Shown piece after piece: positions 19,306 through 29,733 of a DNA stretch of 64,000 nt (positions are counted from its first letter, which is position 1; every line of letters begins with the position of its first letter). The stretch spans positions 605,221-669,220 of the forward strand of contig OZ253457.1 in assembly GCA_965261285.1 (NCBI GenBank), written 5' to 3'. This DNA comes from Vicinamibacterales bacterium. GTDB lineage: Bacteria; Acidobacteriota; Vicinamibacteria; Vicinamibacterales; UBA8438. Made by a program: the position numbers and the translations under genes. Below the pieces are notes generated by a model. The model made no database searches. It was not told where the DNA came from and was given only the letters and a program-made list of their open reading frames with translations.

Positions 19306-20400
19306 TCAGGCGTGCACCGGCTCGGGGTGGACGACGTCGAGCTGGTCGAGCCAGTAGGCCTCGTCGTTCCGGCGTCGGATGAAGAATCGTCCGAGGTCGC
19401 CGGGGAACTTCGCCTGGTGGTAGCGCAGGTACACGTGCTCGGCGTCGATGCCCAGCACCTCGACCTTGCCCCTCTCGTGCGACATGCAGTAGCGGGCCCG
19501 TCGCGCGAGGCCCGACCCGCGGGTCAGCGCCTGCTGGAAGATGGACCAGCCCTGGACGAGGGGCACCTCGTAGGGCTCGTTGCCGGCCGTCGGGCGGCCC
19601 TGGAACAGGTAGTACGGCGGGCAGCCGATGAAGGACAGCTTGCCGAACAGCTCGGCCAGCACCCGCGGGTCGTCGTTGATGCCGCGGATGAGGGGGCACT
19701 GGTTGACGCAGATGACCCCGTTGCGGATGCAGGCGTCGATGCCCTCGATCGCGAGTTCGGTCAGCTCGCGGGGGTGGTCGAAGTGGGCCATCAGGTAGAT
19801 GCGCTGCGTGGGGGTCGAGTACTTGCGGAAGGCGGCCAGCAGATCGGGGTCGCGGAGCACCCGGTAGGGGTCGAACGCGGGCATCTTCGACCCGAGGCGG
19901 ATGATCTGCACGTGGGGAATCGCTCGCAGCGCCTCGAAGATCTCCACCAGCCGCCGCGTGCTCATCAGCAACGGGTCGCCGCCGGTGAGCAGCACGTTGG
20001 TGACCTCGGGATGCTCCGCGATGTAGCGCAGCCCCTCGGTCACGTCGTTGGTGGCCTCGTCGTTCTCGTCCATGAAGAGGCGCTTGCGGAAGCAGTAGCG
20101 GCAGTACGCCCCGCACACCTCGTTGCACAGCAGCAGCACGGTGTCGAGGTACTTGTGCTGCACCCCGCGGGCGACGGTGACCGATTCCTCGTTGCTGGCG
20201 TCGAGCTTGCCCCACTCGGTCAGCTCCTCCTCGCGCGGGATGATGAGCTGGCGGATGGGGTCGTGCGGATCGTCCCAGTCGATGAGGTCGAGGTAGTAGT
20301 CGTTGGCGCGGAAGACGTAGCGGTCGGCCACCGGCCCCAGGCGGTCGCGTTCCTCGGCGGAGAGCTGCTCGATCTTGTCGAGCTTCCGCACGTATTTCAC
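19306..20400 (-). CDS. KamA family radical SAM protein (lysine 2,3-aminomutase-like), start uncertain
   Basis: HKY, CGAYCRYCFRKR, LLTGGDPL, HFDHPREL, NQCPLIRGINDD, PYYLFQ. Confidence 0.9.
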   Translation of the reverse strand: MKYVRKLDKIEQLSAEERDRLGPVADRYVFRANDYYLDLIDWDDPHDPIRQLIIPREEELTEWGKLDASNEESVTVARGVQHKYLDTVLLLCNEVCGAYCRYCFRKRLFMDENDEATNDVTEGLRYIAEHPEVTNVLLTGGDPLLMSTRRLVEIFEALRAIPHVQIIRLGSKMPAFDPYRVLRDPDLLAAFRKYSTPTQRIYLMAHFDHPRELTELAIEGIDACIRNGVICVNQCPLIRGINDDPRVLAELFGKLSFIGCPPYYLFQGRPTAGNEPYEVPLVQGWSIFQQALTRGSGLARRARYCMSHERGKVEVLGIDAEHVYLRYHQAKFPGDLGRFFIRRRNDEAYWLDQLDVVHPEPVHA

Positions 20401-20929
20401 GCGCTTCGGGCCGTCGCTCGCCGCCGAACCGCTTTTCACGTGAGTGGCATCGAGCACTTCTGGAGCCCTCCCGCGCCGGCCCGGCCGCCGGGCGGGAAAC
20501 CCGGCGCATCGACGGGACGTGCGGCGCAAAAAGGCGTCCGGTCCGGGGGGCCTCGGCTCCGCACGACAGGGAGCCGGTCAGGCCGCGTCCCGTGACCTGG
20601 GACGCCAGCGTTTCGACAATGCGTTCGCGTACGTGTCCGTGAGACGTGTCCCGGGCCGCCCACGGGAACCCGCGGGGGCTGGACGCAACGAGTCTTCACC
20701 GACTCGATCCGAACCCGGCAGGTCATGGGCGGGCGCCCGGCTGCCCCGCGTTCCCCGAGCCTGCGGGGGGAGATGCGGGTCGCCGGCGCCTGTCGGATCG
20801 GAGGCAGCCTCGGCTCGTCTCGGGCCGCCGGCTGCGCTCGTCAGGTAACTCTATCACTACTTCGGCCCTCCGGAGTCAAGAGCCCCCGGCGGGGTCGCCG
20901 CGCCCGCGATCCGCCGCGGATGGTCGGCG

Positions 20930-21215
20930 CGACCGGCGATCCGGCCGGGGCATCCGTCCTCGTTCCGCCACGGAACCGCCGCCCCGCCCCGGCCATCCGA
21001 CAGCGGTCATCCTGCCCGCCTCACGACGCGAAATAGCGGTCCGATCGGCGATCCGACGGGGCAACCCGCCCGCGACCCGCCGCGCACGGCCGTCCCGCCC
21101 CGGCGATCCGACAGCGGTCATCCTGCCCGCCTTGCGGCGCGAAGTGGCCGGCCCGACGGCGATCCGACCGGGGGCGTTCCGTCCTCGCGTGCCGCCGCGA
21201 AATGGCCGGCCCGCC
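20930..21215. repeat. ~2.5 degenerate copies of a ~111-bp intergenic unit
   Basis: CCCGCCCCGGC.ATCCGACAGCGGTCATCCTGCCCGCC at 20983 and 21094. CGGCGATCCG...CCGTCCTCG at ~20934 and ~21157. Confidence 0.8.
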
Positions 21216-21228
21216 GATCTGATGGAGA

Positions 21229-22629
21229 ATGGAGGAAGCCATACGGGGAGGAGAATCTGTGAATCTAGACCGAATCGAGCAACCGCGGCGCGGGCCGCGA
21301 GCATGGCACTCGGCGGCCGCGGTGGTGCTTCCGTTGGCCGCGATGGCGCTCCTGGCCGGCGGCGCCACCCCGGCGCTGGCCCAGGGCCCGGACGTCTACG
21401 CGCTGCGGCAGGCGGCCGAGGAGCGCGCCCGCGCCGTCGAGCCCCAGGTGGTGACCTGGCGCCGCGACATCCACCAGCATCCCGAGCTGAGCAACCGCGA
21501 GTTCCGCACCGCCGCCCTCGTGGCCGACCACCTGCGCTCGCTCGACATGGAGGTGCGGACCGAGGTCGCCCACACCGGCGTCGTCGCCACCCTGCGGGGC
21601 GGCCGGCCCGGGCCGGTGGTCGCGCTGCGCGCCGACATGGACGCCCTGCCCGTCACCGAGATGGTGGACCTGCCGTTCGCGTCGCGCGAGCGGGCCATCT
21701 ACAACGGCCAGGAGGTCGGGGTCATGCACGCCTGCGGCCACGACAACCACGTCGCCATCCTCATGGGGGTGGCCGACGTGCTCGCCTCGGTGCGCGACGA
21801 CCTGCCGGGCACCGTCAAGTTCATCTTCCAGCCGGCCGAGGAGGGGGCGCCCGAGGGCGAGCGCGGCGGGGCCGAGCTGATGCTCGAGGAGGGCGCCTTC
21901 GAGAACCCCCGGCCAGAGGTCATCTTCGGGCTGCACGTCGGCCCGAACCGGGTGGGGCAGTTGACCTACCGGGCCGGCAGCGCCATGGCCAGCGCCGACT
22001 GGCTCCGCATCGTGGTGCGGGGGCGGCAGACCCACGGCGCGGCGCCCTGGGGCGGGGTCGACCCGATCGTCGTCTCCTCCCAGATCGTGCTGGGCCTCCA
22101 GACCATTGCGAGCCGCCAGCTCCCGGTCACGCTCACCCCGTCCATCATCACCATCGGCAGCATCCACGGCGGGGTGCGGGGCAACATCATCCCCGACGAG
22201 GTGGAGATGGTGGGCACCATCCGCACGTTCGACGCCGAGGTGCGGCAGGACATCCACCGGCGCATCCGCCAGACGGCGGAGCAGATCGCGGCGAGCGCCG
22301 GGGCGACGGCCGAGGTGGAGATAACCCACGGCTACCCGGTGACCGTCAACGACCCCGCGCTGACCGAGCGGATGGTGCCGACCCTGCAGCGGGTGGCCGG
22401 CGACGATCCGGTCGTGGTGCAGGACCTGATGACGGTCGCCGAGGACTTCTCCTACTTCCAGCACGAGGTGCCGGGCATGTTCTTCTTCCTCGGGGTGACC
22501 CCGGAGGACCAGGACCCCGCCACCGCGCCGGTGAACCACTCGCCGCTGTTCTTCGCCGACGAGGGGGCGTTGCTCGTGGGCGTGCGGGCGCTGACCAACC
22601 TCACCCTCGACTACATGACGGCGCCCTGA
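21229..22629 (+). CDS. M20D family amidohydrolase, probably secreted (start uncertain)
   Basis: WRRDIHQHPELSNRE, LRADMDALP, MHACGHDNH, FQPAEEG, AEDFS. Confidence 0.92.
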   Translation: MEEAIRGGESVNLDRIEQPRRGPRAWHSAAAVVLPLAAMALLAGGATPALAQGPDVYALRQAAEERARAVEPQVVTWRRDIHQHPELSNREFRTAALVADHLRSLDMEVRTEVAHTGVVATLRGGRPGPVVALRADMDALPVTEMVDLPFASRERAIYNGQEVGVMHACGHDNHVAILMGVADVLASVRDDLPGTVKFIFQPAEEGAPEGERGGAELMLEEGAFENPRPEVIFGLHVGPNRVGQLTYRAGSAMASADWLRIVVRGRQTHGAAPWGGVDPIVVSSQIVLGLQTIASRQLPVTLTPSIITIGSIHGGVRGNIIPDEVEMVGTIRTFDAEVRQDIHRRIRQTAEQIAASAGATAEVEITHGYPVTVNDPALTERMVPTLQRVAGDDPVVVQDLMTVAEDFSYFQHEVPGMFFFLGVTPEDQDPATAPVNHSPLFFADEGALLVGVRALTNLTLDYMTAP

Positions 22630-22868
22630 GGCGGGCGGGACGACGGCCGCGCGAGGCCGCTCCTCGTCGGCGGAGGACCTGGGCCCGAGGGTGATGAGGG
22701 GCGCCGGGTCGAGAAGAAGCTCGACGAAGCGATCGCCGCCGCCATGCGACGGGTCGCGCTGCCTTTCGGTCAGCGTCGGCTGCCCGAACCGCCGGGCCAC
22801 CAGCTCGCTGAACACCGTCGACGTTGCGGAGTTCCCTGCAGCTGTCTCGCGACGGCCGATGCTCCGTC

Positions 22869-22990
22869 GTCCGCGCAAGGGCGCCGCGGCAGCGGGGACC
22901 GCGGTCGTCTCTCACGCCCAACCTCTGCGGCGGAACAAGTCCGTGCAAGGGCGCCGCGGCAGCGGGGACCGGAGCCGCCGGTCCCCGCCG
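22869..22990. repeat. REP-like direct repeat and hairpin between convergent genes
   Basis: GCAAGGGCGCCGCGGCAGCGGGGACC at 22875 and 22945. Hairpin CGGGGACCGG..CCGGTCCCCG. Confidence 0.7.
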
Positions 22991-23029
22991 GTAACCGCGG
23001 TCGGGCGAAGGGCTCAGGCCGCGGCGGGG

Positions 23030-23839
23030 CTAGAGCGCCGCCGCGAGGGCGATACCCGACGCCAGCGCGGTGATGAGCCCCACCAGCGCTATCCGGAGGC
23101 CGTGCCGCCGCTCGAACCAGTCGGCGAACGGCCAGAAGACCCATCGCACGGCCCGCCTGAATCCAGCGAGTGCCAACCCCAGCCCCAGCCACCACGTGCC
23201 CGCGGCCGCCGCGATCAGGAGGGTCGCGCTCAGCCAGAACGGGTCGGGAAGCCCCCCGAAGACGAAGCCGCGGGCCGCGAGCAGCTCCGCCGGCAGGTTC
23301 GGGTCGGCGGCGAGCGCCAGAAGGATGGCGGGAGGGAGGATGACCGCGACGATGGCCAGGTCGACGTAGATGAACACGAGCGGCGGATACAGGAACCACC
23401 GGCGGGCGCCGGCGGGTTCGCTCCGTTCGTCGAGCAGCGCCAGCCCGGCCCGCGCGACCAGGATGCTGGCGAAGAACGCGAGGGGAGCGACGGGGCCGAG
23501 CAGCGGACAGCCGACGAAGAGGCCCAGCGCCAGGTACGAGAGCCGCCAGTCCTCCTGCCCCGAGCCGAGCTGGAGCAGCACTCTCCGCCACGCCGGCAGC
23601 TCGTCGGCCGGCACCCAGTCGCCGGGGCTGCCGAGCCGGTCGAGGACGCTGCGCAGGCGCTCGGCCGTGACCGGCGCCGACGCGCCTTCCAGCTCCGCTT
23701 CGATGTGGCCCCGGATCTCGCGCTCGACGTCGTCGGCGTCGACCGACGGGTGCGGCCGGAGCGCGCTCTTCACGCGGCCGAGGTAGCGTTCGAGGTCGCC
23801 CTGCGCGTCCTGGGTCATGCTCGGTAGCGCGGTCATCAT
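23030..23839 (-). CDS. HAAS-like domain membrane protein
   Basis: ERYLGRVKSAL...EIRGHIEAEL...VLDRLGSP followed by several TM helices. ATGA-coupled to PadR. Confidence 0.75.
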   Translation of the reverse strand: MMTALPSMTQDAQGDLERYLGRVKSALRPHPSVDADDVEREIRGHIEAELEGASAPVTAERLRSVLDRLGSPGDWVPADELPAWRRVLLQLGSGQEDWRLSYLALGLFVGCPLLGPVAPLAFFASILVARAGLALLDERSEPAGARRWFLYPPLVFIYVDLAIVAVILPPAILLALAADPNLPAELLAARGFVFGGLPDPFWLSATLLIAAAAGTWWLGLGLALAGFRRAVRWVFWPFADWFERRHGLRIALVGLITALASGIALAAAL

Positions 23840-24177
23840 GATGGAACCTCCTTCTTGAGGGCGTCCATGCCCCGCTTCAGGACCTCCCAGTAGGCGTTCA
23901 TCTCCCCGCGCACCAGCTCGCCCCGGGGGGTGAGCTCGTAGTACTTGCGGGCCGGGCCCTCGGGCGATTCCTGGAGCGATGTGTTCACCAGGCCGTCTCG
24001 CTTGAGACGGCTGAGGATGGGGTAGACGGTGCCCTCGCGGATGACGAGGGCGTCGATGCCGCGGAGCCGTTTGACGATGTCGTAGCCGTAGACCGGCGCC
24101 TGGCCCACCACGTTCAGCACGCACAGCTCCAGCACCCCTTTCCTCAACTGCGTCGTCCAGTTGCCTGTGACGTCCAT
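23836..24177 (-). CDS. PadR family transcriptional regulator
   Basis: QLRKGVLELCVL, YGYDIV, EGTVYPILSRL, GPARKYYELT. Confidence 0.95.
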   Translation of the reverse strand: MDVTGNWTTQLRKGVLELCVLNVVGQAPVYGYDIVKRLRGIDALVIREGTVYPILSRLKRDGLVNTSLQESPEGPARKYYELTPRGELVRGEMNAYWEVLKRGMDALKKEVPS

Positions 24178-24183
24178 GGGGTC

Positions 24184-24212
24184 ACTATAGTTCCATGTAT
24201 GGTAGCTGTCAA
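24184..24212 (-). promoter_or_regulatory. Sigma70-type promoter for padR, likely leaderless mRNA
   Basis: Minus strand TTGACA-N17-TATAGT, 6 nt upstream of ATG 24177. CCAT-GT-ATGG palindrome in the spacer. Confidence 0.75.
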
Positions 24213-24513
24213 ACAAAGATATATGGCCGAGCCGGCGGCCAGCCGCGGGCCCGGTGGCAGCACCCGGCGCCGTTCTCGGGGTGAACGTGACTTCCGCGTT
24301 GCGATGAGGAGTTCCGGCCGACGCTACGGCCTCGCCGCGAGTCGACCGTGTGTCGCGCCGGACGCCGGTGCCGACTGCCGGCAGGGTTGGTTGGGCGTGG
24401 GGAATCGCTCGCGCCGATTGGCCGGGTCAGGAGCCCGTGCCGCCGGACGGGGCTGGCCACCGCGGCCGGTTGGGTGGCGATCTGAGCCGTGTCCGGGCCA
24501 GCATCCGCCGTCG

Positions 24514-25269
24514 TCACCCGGAGGGCGCGGCGGGGGCCGGGGCGTTCTCTTCCCGCACTCGCACGCCGGCGTGCTGCCGGCGGCGCACGATGCGGGCCAC
24601 GGCCGCGGTGCGTTCCTCGCGGGTCAGGCTGAGGTCCATGGCGTCGACGGCTTCACGGACGTCATCGGGCGTGAGGGCGCCGAGCACGGTGGAGGCGGCG
24701 AGACGGCGCGGGGCGGCTCCGGGCCGCAGGGCGAGAAACTCGACCTGCAGGTCTCGCGAACCCTTCCGGCCCCGCAGCCGCCAGAGCTCGCGGACGCCGA
24801 TCTCGCCGTAACGTTCGATCTTGCCCTCGTCGGCATGGGTGATCTCGGCCTCGACCACGAGATCGGGCGGCGTGCGCTCGAAGTAGGCTTCGGCCGCCTC
24901 CACGCCCTTCGCCCGAGCGGCGCGATAGCCGCGGGCGCGCTCGCCGACGTAGAAGGCGCAGTCCGGCTCCATGCCGGTGCCGGGAGGATCGTCGGGTCTG
25001 CGGAGACGGGCGCTGCGGAGGCCCTTCGCGGCGCCGGTGATGGTGCTGCCGGCGGCATCAATGATGTCGTCGAGGACATCGGCGAAGTCGTCGTGGAGGC
25101 GGGACGGGCTCATCAGGGTGATGAGCCCCCGGACGGGGTCGAGGCAGACCCGGCTGAACGACGCGCTCCAATCGACGGCGGCGAGCTCCGCCACGGTGCC
25201 GGGGTCGGCGCGGAGGACGTGGATGCGCGAGCCGAGCGGCCCCGTGTACGTCGTCGCATTATCGTCCAT
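24514..25269 (-). CDS. Uma2 (DUF820) family PD-(D/E)xK endonuclease-like protein
   Basis: LMSPSRLH, MEPDCAFYVG, PPDLVVEAEIT, YGEIGVRELW. Confidence 0.85.
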   Translation of the reverse strand: MDDNATTYTGPLGSRIHVLRADPGTVAELAAVDWSASFSRVCLDPVRGLITLMSPSRLHDDFADVLDDIIDAAGSTITGAAKGLRSARLRRPDDPPGTGMEPDCAFYVGERARGYRAARAKGVEAAEAYFERTPPDLVVEAEITHADEGKIERYGEIGVRELWRLRGRKGSRDLQVEFLALRPGAAPRRLAASTVLGALTPDDVREAVDAMDLSLTREERTAAVARIVRRRQHAGVRVREENAPAPAAPSG

Positions 25270-25518
25270 GGTGACGGGTTCCTTCGGCGCTGGAGAACGG
25301 CGCGAGCTCCCGGAGGGTCGGCCGGCCGGCGCCGCGGGCGACGTCGCGGGGCTGGCGGTGCGCCGGCCCCGAACTGTGCGCGCCGTTCCCGAACTGCCCG
25401 TGGCGGTCCCGAACTGCCCCGTGGCGTGCCGGCCCTGAACCGCCTGCCATTCATCATGACACGCCATGCCGATCGTGTCCTGGCCGACTACCCCGTCACC
25501 GTCTTGTGGTGAGGGGAG

Positions 25519-27000
25519 TCAGCGAGATGGCGGGTCGTCCGTCGCGGTGCGGGCGCCCAGCGCCCGGAGCAGGTCGCCGGTGCTCGACCGCGTGGCCGTG
25601 GTGGCGCTGCCGGCGCGGGACAGCTCGGCGACGTCGAGAGGCGTCCGGCCCCGCGCGTTCACCGGGTCGAGCGACGCGCCGTGCCCGACGAGCAGCCGCA
25701 CCATGGCGTCCGACTTGACGTGGGCGGCGCCGTGGAGGGCGGTGCTACCGGTCTCGTTCGCGGCGTCGACGTCGGCCCCGAGCTCGATGGCGAGGGCGGC
25801 GGCCTCGAGCGAGCGGGCCTCGGTGACGAGGGACTCGGCCAGGTAGCGGCCGAGGCCGGCGGCCAGCATCAGCGGGGTCGTCCCGTCGTCGGCGGCGAGG
25901 TTCGGGTCGGCCCCGGCGTCGGCGAGCGCCCGCATGACCTCGACGTCGGCGGCCATCGCCGCGAGCAGGAACGGCGTGGCGCCCGGAAACGGGCTCACCC
26001 CGGCCACGCGGTGCTCCACCCGCAACTGGCTGTACCCCGCTCGCGGCGGGATGCGCTCGAGCCGGGCGTCGGGGTCGGCGCCGTGGTCGAGCAGGGCGCG
26101 GACGAAACCGGCCCGGTCGCCGGGAACGCCGCGCAGGCCCCGCCACTCGTCGTCGCGCTCGATGGCGATGCCGTTGGGGCCGCTCAGCTCCGTCTGCCAC
26201 GACCCGGCCGCCCAGTGGAGAGGCGTGTAGCCGGGACCGGCCGCGTTGGGGTCGGCCCCGTGCTCCAGGAGGAGGACGGCGGTGCGCGCGTGGCCGCGCA
26301 GGGCCGCCACGTGGAGCGCGCTCGTGCCGTCCGGCATCGCGTCCTGGACGTCGGCGCCCGCGGCCAGGAGCCGGCGGGCGGTGGCGCCGTCGCCCTGCCG
26401 CGCCGCGAACAGCAGCGGCGTGAATCCCCCCGTCGAGCGGGCGACGACGTCGGCCCCCAGCGCGATCAGGCGCGCCGCGACGGCGGGGCGTCGGGCCGAG
26501 ACCGCCCACATGAGGGGGGTCTGTCCCAGCTCGGGGTCGGCGCGGTCGACGTCCGCGCCGTGCGCGACGAGGGCCTCCACCGCCCCGACGCTGCCGGTCC
26601 TCGCGGCCCGCATCAGGGGGGTCTCGCCGGTGGGACGCGCGCGATCGGGGTCGGCGCCGGCCGCCAGCAGCCGCTCGACCAGGGCGGCGCTGCCGTTGGC
26701 GCACGCGATTGAGAGCGGCGTCACGCCGTACTCGTTCGCCGCGTCCACGGTGGCGCCGGCCCGGAGCAGCCGGTCGACGATGGGAGCGTCGTCCAGGTGC
26801 ACGGCCCAGTGGAGGGCGGTCGCGCCGTCGGGTTGCGCGGCATCGACGTCGGCGCCGTCGGTCAGCAGCCTCTCGACGGCGGCGCGGTCGTGCCTCTTCA
26901 CCGCGTCCACCAGCGGTGTGTCGGCACGCGCCACGAGCGCCGGGCTCGACGCCAGCGCTGCCGCGCCCAGCATCACCAACGCGACGGCGTTGCGTCCCAT
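25519..27000 (-). CDS. Secreted ankyrin-repeat protein
   Basis: Signal peptide. Many GATALHWA / GETPLM / GFTPLLFAAR repeats. Confidence 0.92.
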   Translation of the reverse strand: MGRNAVALVMLGAAALASSPALVARADTPLVDAVKRHDRAAVERLLTDGADVDAAQPDGATALHWAVHLDDAPIVDRLLRAGATVDAANEYGVTPLSIACANGSAALVERLLAAGADPDRARPTGETPLMRAARTGSVGAVEALVAHGADVDRADPELGQTPLMWAVSARRPAVAARLIALGADVVARSTGGFTPLLFAARQGDGATARRLLAAGADVQDAMPDGTSALHVAALRGHARTAVLLLEHGADPNAAGPGYTPLHWAAGSWQTELSGPNGIAIERDDEWRGLRGVPGDRAGFVRALLDHGADPDARLERIPPRAGYSQLRVEHRVAGVSPFPGATPFLLAAMAADVEVMRALADAGADPNLAADDGTTPLMLAAGLGRYLAESLVTEARSLEAAALAIELGADVDAANETGSTALHGAAHVKSDAMVRLLVGHGASLDPVNARGRTPLDVAELSRAGSATTATRSSTGDLLRALGARTATDDPPSR

Positions 27001-27285
27001 CTGCGCGCTCCTTCCCCCTACCGAGAGGGGATGGTCCCGTGTCCTCTGATTCCTCGCCCGCGTCAGCTTCGCCCGCAGGTCGGCGGCTGCGGCTCCGATC
27101 CCGTCCCAAGCCAATCCTACAGGAGTCGGCGCCTGCTGCGAGGAGGCGCCGCCGTGCGCGCGGCACGGGGCTCCGGCCCTGCGGCCTGAAGAGCGCCCCG
27201 CGCGGCCGAGCGGCGCCTTGGCCCGCAGGTTGCCGTGGACACCGCCGCCAGGGGTGACTATCATCAGCGGAACCCCGCAAGACTC

Positions 27286-29733
27286 ATGCGACAGGCCGCT
27301 CGCAGGACCCTCCCGGCCGGCCTCATCGGCGCCGCGCTGATCGGCGTCTGCGCCCTCGTGCTGCCTGAGCCATCGTCCGCGGCCGCGCCGTCTTCCGCCG
27401 AGCAGTCCGCCGCCGGCACGCCGACTCCGGTCCCCGCGGAGCACCGCGCGTTGCTCGACCGCTACTGCGTGACCTGCCACAACGACCGGCTGCAGACCGG
27501 CGGCCTCTCGTTCAAGGCGGATGGCTTCCACGACGTGGGCGGGGACACCGAGGCGTGGGAGCGGGTCATCCGGAAGCTGCGGTCGCGGACGATGCCGCCG
27601 GCGGGGCGGCCGCGGCCGGAGCCGGCCCGATACGCGTCCTTCGCGGCGTGGCTGGAGGTCACCATCGACGGGGCCGCCGCCGCCGACCCGCGACCGGGCC
27701 GGCCCACGGCACGGCGTCTCAATCGGACCGAGTACGCCAACGCCATCCGGGATCTGCTGGGGCTGGATATCGACGCCCGGGCCCTGTTGCCGGCCGACGA
27801 CCGGGCGTACGGCTTCGACAACAACGCCGACATGCTGCCGATGTCGACGGCGCTGCTCGAGCGCTACCTGACGGCGGCCGCGCGGATCAGCCGGCTGGCC
27901 GTCGGCGACCCCGCCCTCCGCCCGTCGGTGACCACCTACGGCGTGTCGCGGCTCCGGTTGCAGGACGGCCGGGCCGGCCCCGACCTGCCGTTCGGGAGCC
28001 GCGGCGGCGCCGTCGTGCGGCATTACTTCCCGCTCGACGCCGAGTACGTCGTGACCGCGCGCCTGCGAAGGAGGCGGTTCCGCGAGCCCCAGCAGCTCGA
28101 CCTCCGTCTCGACGGCGAGCGCCTCGAGCTCTTTCGGCTCGGGGGGGCGCCCCGGCCGGCGTCGGCGGCGCCGCCGCCGCGGGGACCCGACGAGCCGCTG
28201 GCGGTCCGCCTCCGCGTTCCGGCCGGGTACCACCGTGTCGCGGCGACGTTCGTCGAGCAGATGGCGGCGCCCGAGGGGGTGAGACCCGCCTACCTTCCGG
28301 TCGCCAACATCGCCTTCGGAGGGGTCCGCGGGGCCGAGGCCCGGCTGGAGGCGATCGACATCGCCGGCCCCTACGACCCGACGGGCGCAGGAGACACGCC
28401 GAGCCGGCGCCGGATCTTCGTCTGCCGCCCTGCGGACGACGCCTCCGGCCGCGAGGCGGAGGCCTGCGCGCGCGAGATCCTGTCGGCCCTCGCCACCCGC
28501 GCCTACCGGCGCCCGGTGGCCGAGGGTGAGCTGGAGACGCTGCTCCGCTTCTATCGGGACGGGCGCGAGGAGGGCGGCCATCGCGGCGGGCGCGGGGAGG
28601 CGGGCAGGTTCGACGCCGGCATCCAGCTCGCGCTCGAGCGTATCCTCCTCGATTCGAGCTTCCTCGTGCGGGTCGAGCGCGACCCCGTCGACGCGCCGCC
28701 GGACACCGCCTACCGCCTCGGCGATCCGGAGATCGCGTCGAGGCTGTCGTTCTTCCTCTGGAGCAGCCTGCCCGACGACGAGCTGCTGGCCCTGGCGGCG
28801 GACGGGGCGCTCGGCGACCCCGCGACGCGGCGACGGCAGGTCCGCCGCCTGCTCGACGACCCGCGCTCGGCGACCCTCGTCACCAGCTTCGCGTCGCAGT
28901 GGCTGCACCTCGGCAACCTGCGGGCGGCGGCGCCCGACGTCAACGCGTTCCCCGAGTTCGACGACGACCTGCGGGACGCGTTCCGGCGCGAGACCGAGCT
29001 GTTCCTCAAGGCACAGTTGCAGGAGGACCGAAGCGTCCTCGAGCTGCTGACGGCCGACTATACCTTCCTGAACGAGCGGCTGGCGCGGCACTACGGCGTC
29101 GACGGGGTCCATGGCGGCCGCTTCCGGCGGGTGACCCTGGGCGGCGGCCGGCGGGCGGGGCTGCTCGGGCACGGCAGCCTCCTGACCGTGACCTCCTACG
29201 CCAACCGCACGTCGCCGGTGGTGCGGGGCAAGTGGCTGCTCGAGAACGTCCTGGGGGCGCCGCCGCCGCCCCCGCCGCCCGACGTGCCGCCGCTCGAGGA
29301 GGCCGACGTGAGCGGGGCGCGCTCGATGCGCGAGCGGATGGAGCGGCACCGCGAGCACCCGGCGTGCGCGAGCTGCCACGCGCAGATGGACCCGCTGGGC
29401 TTCGCCCTCGAGAACTTCGACGCCGTCGGGCGGTGGCGGGACGCGGCCGGGGACGGCGGCCCGATAGACGCGGTCGCCGCGTTGCCCGACGGCAGCCGTT
29501 TCGCGGGCCCGGGCGGCCTGCGCCGGATGCTGGTCGGCCGCGCCGACGAGTTCGTGGCCAACGTGACCGCCCGGCTCATGACCTATGCGCTGGGCCGAGG
29601 CGTCGGGGCCCACGACATGCCGGCCATCCGCAAGATCGTCCGCGAGGCCGAGCCGGGCGGGTACCGCTGGTCGGCGATCGTCCTCGGCGTGGTCGAGAGC
29701 ACGCCGTTCCTGATGAGGAGCACGGAGCCATGA
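27286..29733 (+). CDS. DUF1592/PSD-PSCyt domain cytochrome c protein
   Basis: CVTCH, RRLNRTEY, ASRLSFFLWSS.PD, RTSPVVRGKW, CASCH..MDPLGFALENFD. Confidence 0.92.
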   Translation: MRQAARRTLPAGLIGAALIGVCALVLPEPSSAAAPSSAEQSAAGTPTPVPAEHRALLDRYCVTCHNDRLQTGGLSFKADGFHDVGGDTEAWERVIRKLRSRTMPPAGRPRPEPARYASFAAWLEVTIDGAAAADPRPGRPTARRLNRTEYANAIRDLLGLDIDARALLPADDRAYGFDNNADMLPMSTALLERYLTAAARISRLAVGDPALRPSVTTYGVSRLRLQDGRAGPDLPFGSRGGAVVRHYFPLDAEYVVTARLRRRRFREPQQLDLRLDGERLELFRLGGAPRPASAAPPPRGPDEPLAVRLRVPAGYHRVAATFVEQMAAPEGVRPAYLPVANIAFGGVRGAEARLEAIDIAGPYDPTGAGDTPSRRRIFVCRPADDASGREAEACAREILSALATRAYRRPVAEGELETLLRFYRDGREEGGHRGGRGEAGRFDAGIQLALERILLDSSFLVRVERDPVDAPPDTAYRLGDPEIASRLSFFLWSSLPDDELLALAADGALGDPATRRRQVRRLLDDPRSATLVTSFASQWLHLGNLRAAAPDVNAFPEFDDDLRDAFRRETELFLKAQLQEDRSVLELLTADYTFLNERLARHYGVDGVHGGRFRRVTLGGGRRAGLLGHGSLLTVTSYANRTSPVVRGKWLLENVLGAPPPPPPPDVPPLEEADVSGARSMRERMERHREHPACASCHAQMDPLGFALENFDAVGRWRDAAGDGGPIDAVAALPDGSRFAGPGGLRRMLVGRADEFVANVTARLMTYALGRGVGAHDMPAIRKIVREAEPGGYRWSAIVLGVVESTPFLMRSTEP

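Noticed and set aside
20450-20760. Lysine or SAM riboswitch upstream of KamA
   Set aside because: No recognisable conserved aptamer motifs by eye. Needs an Infernal scan.
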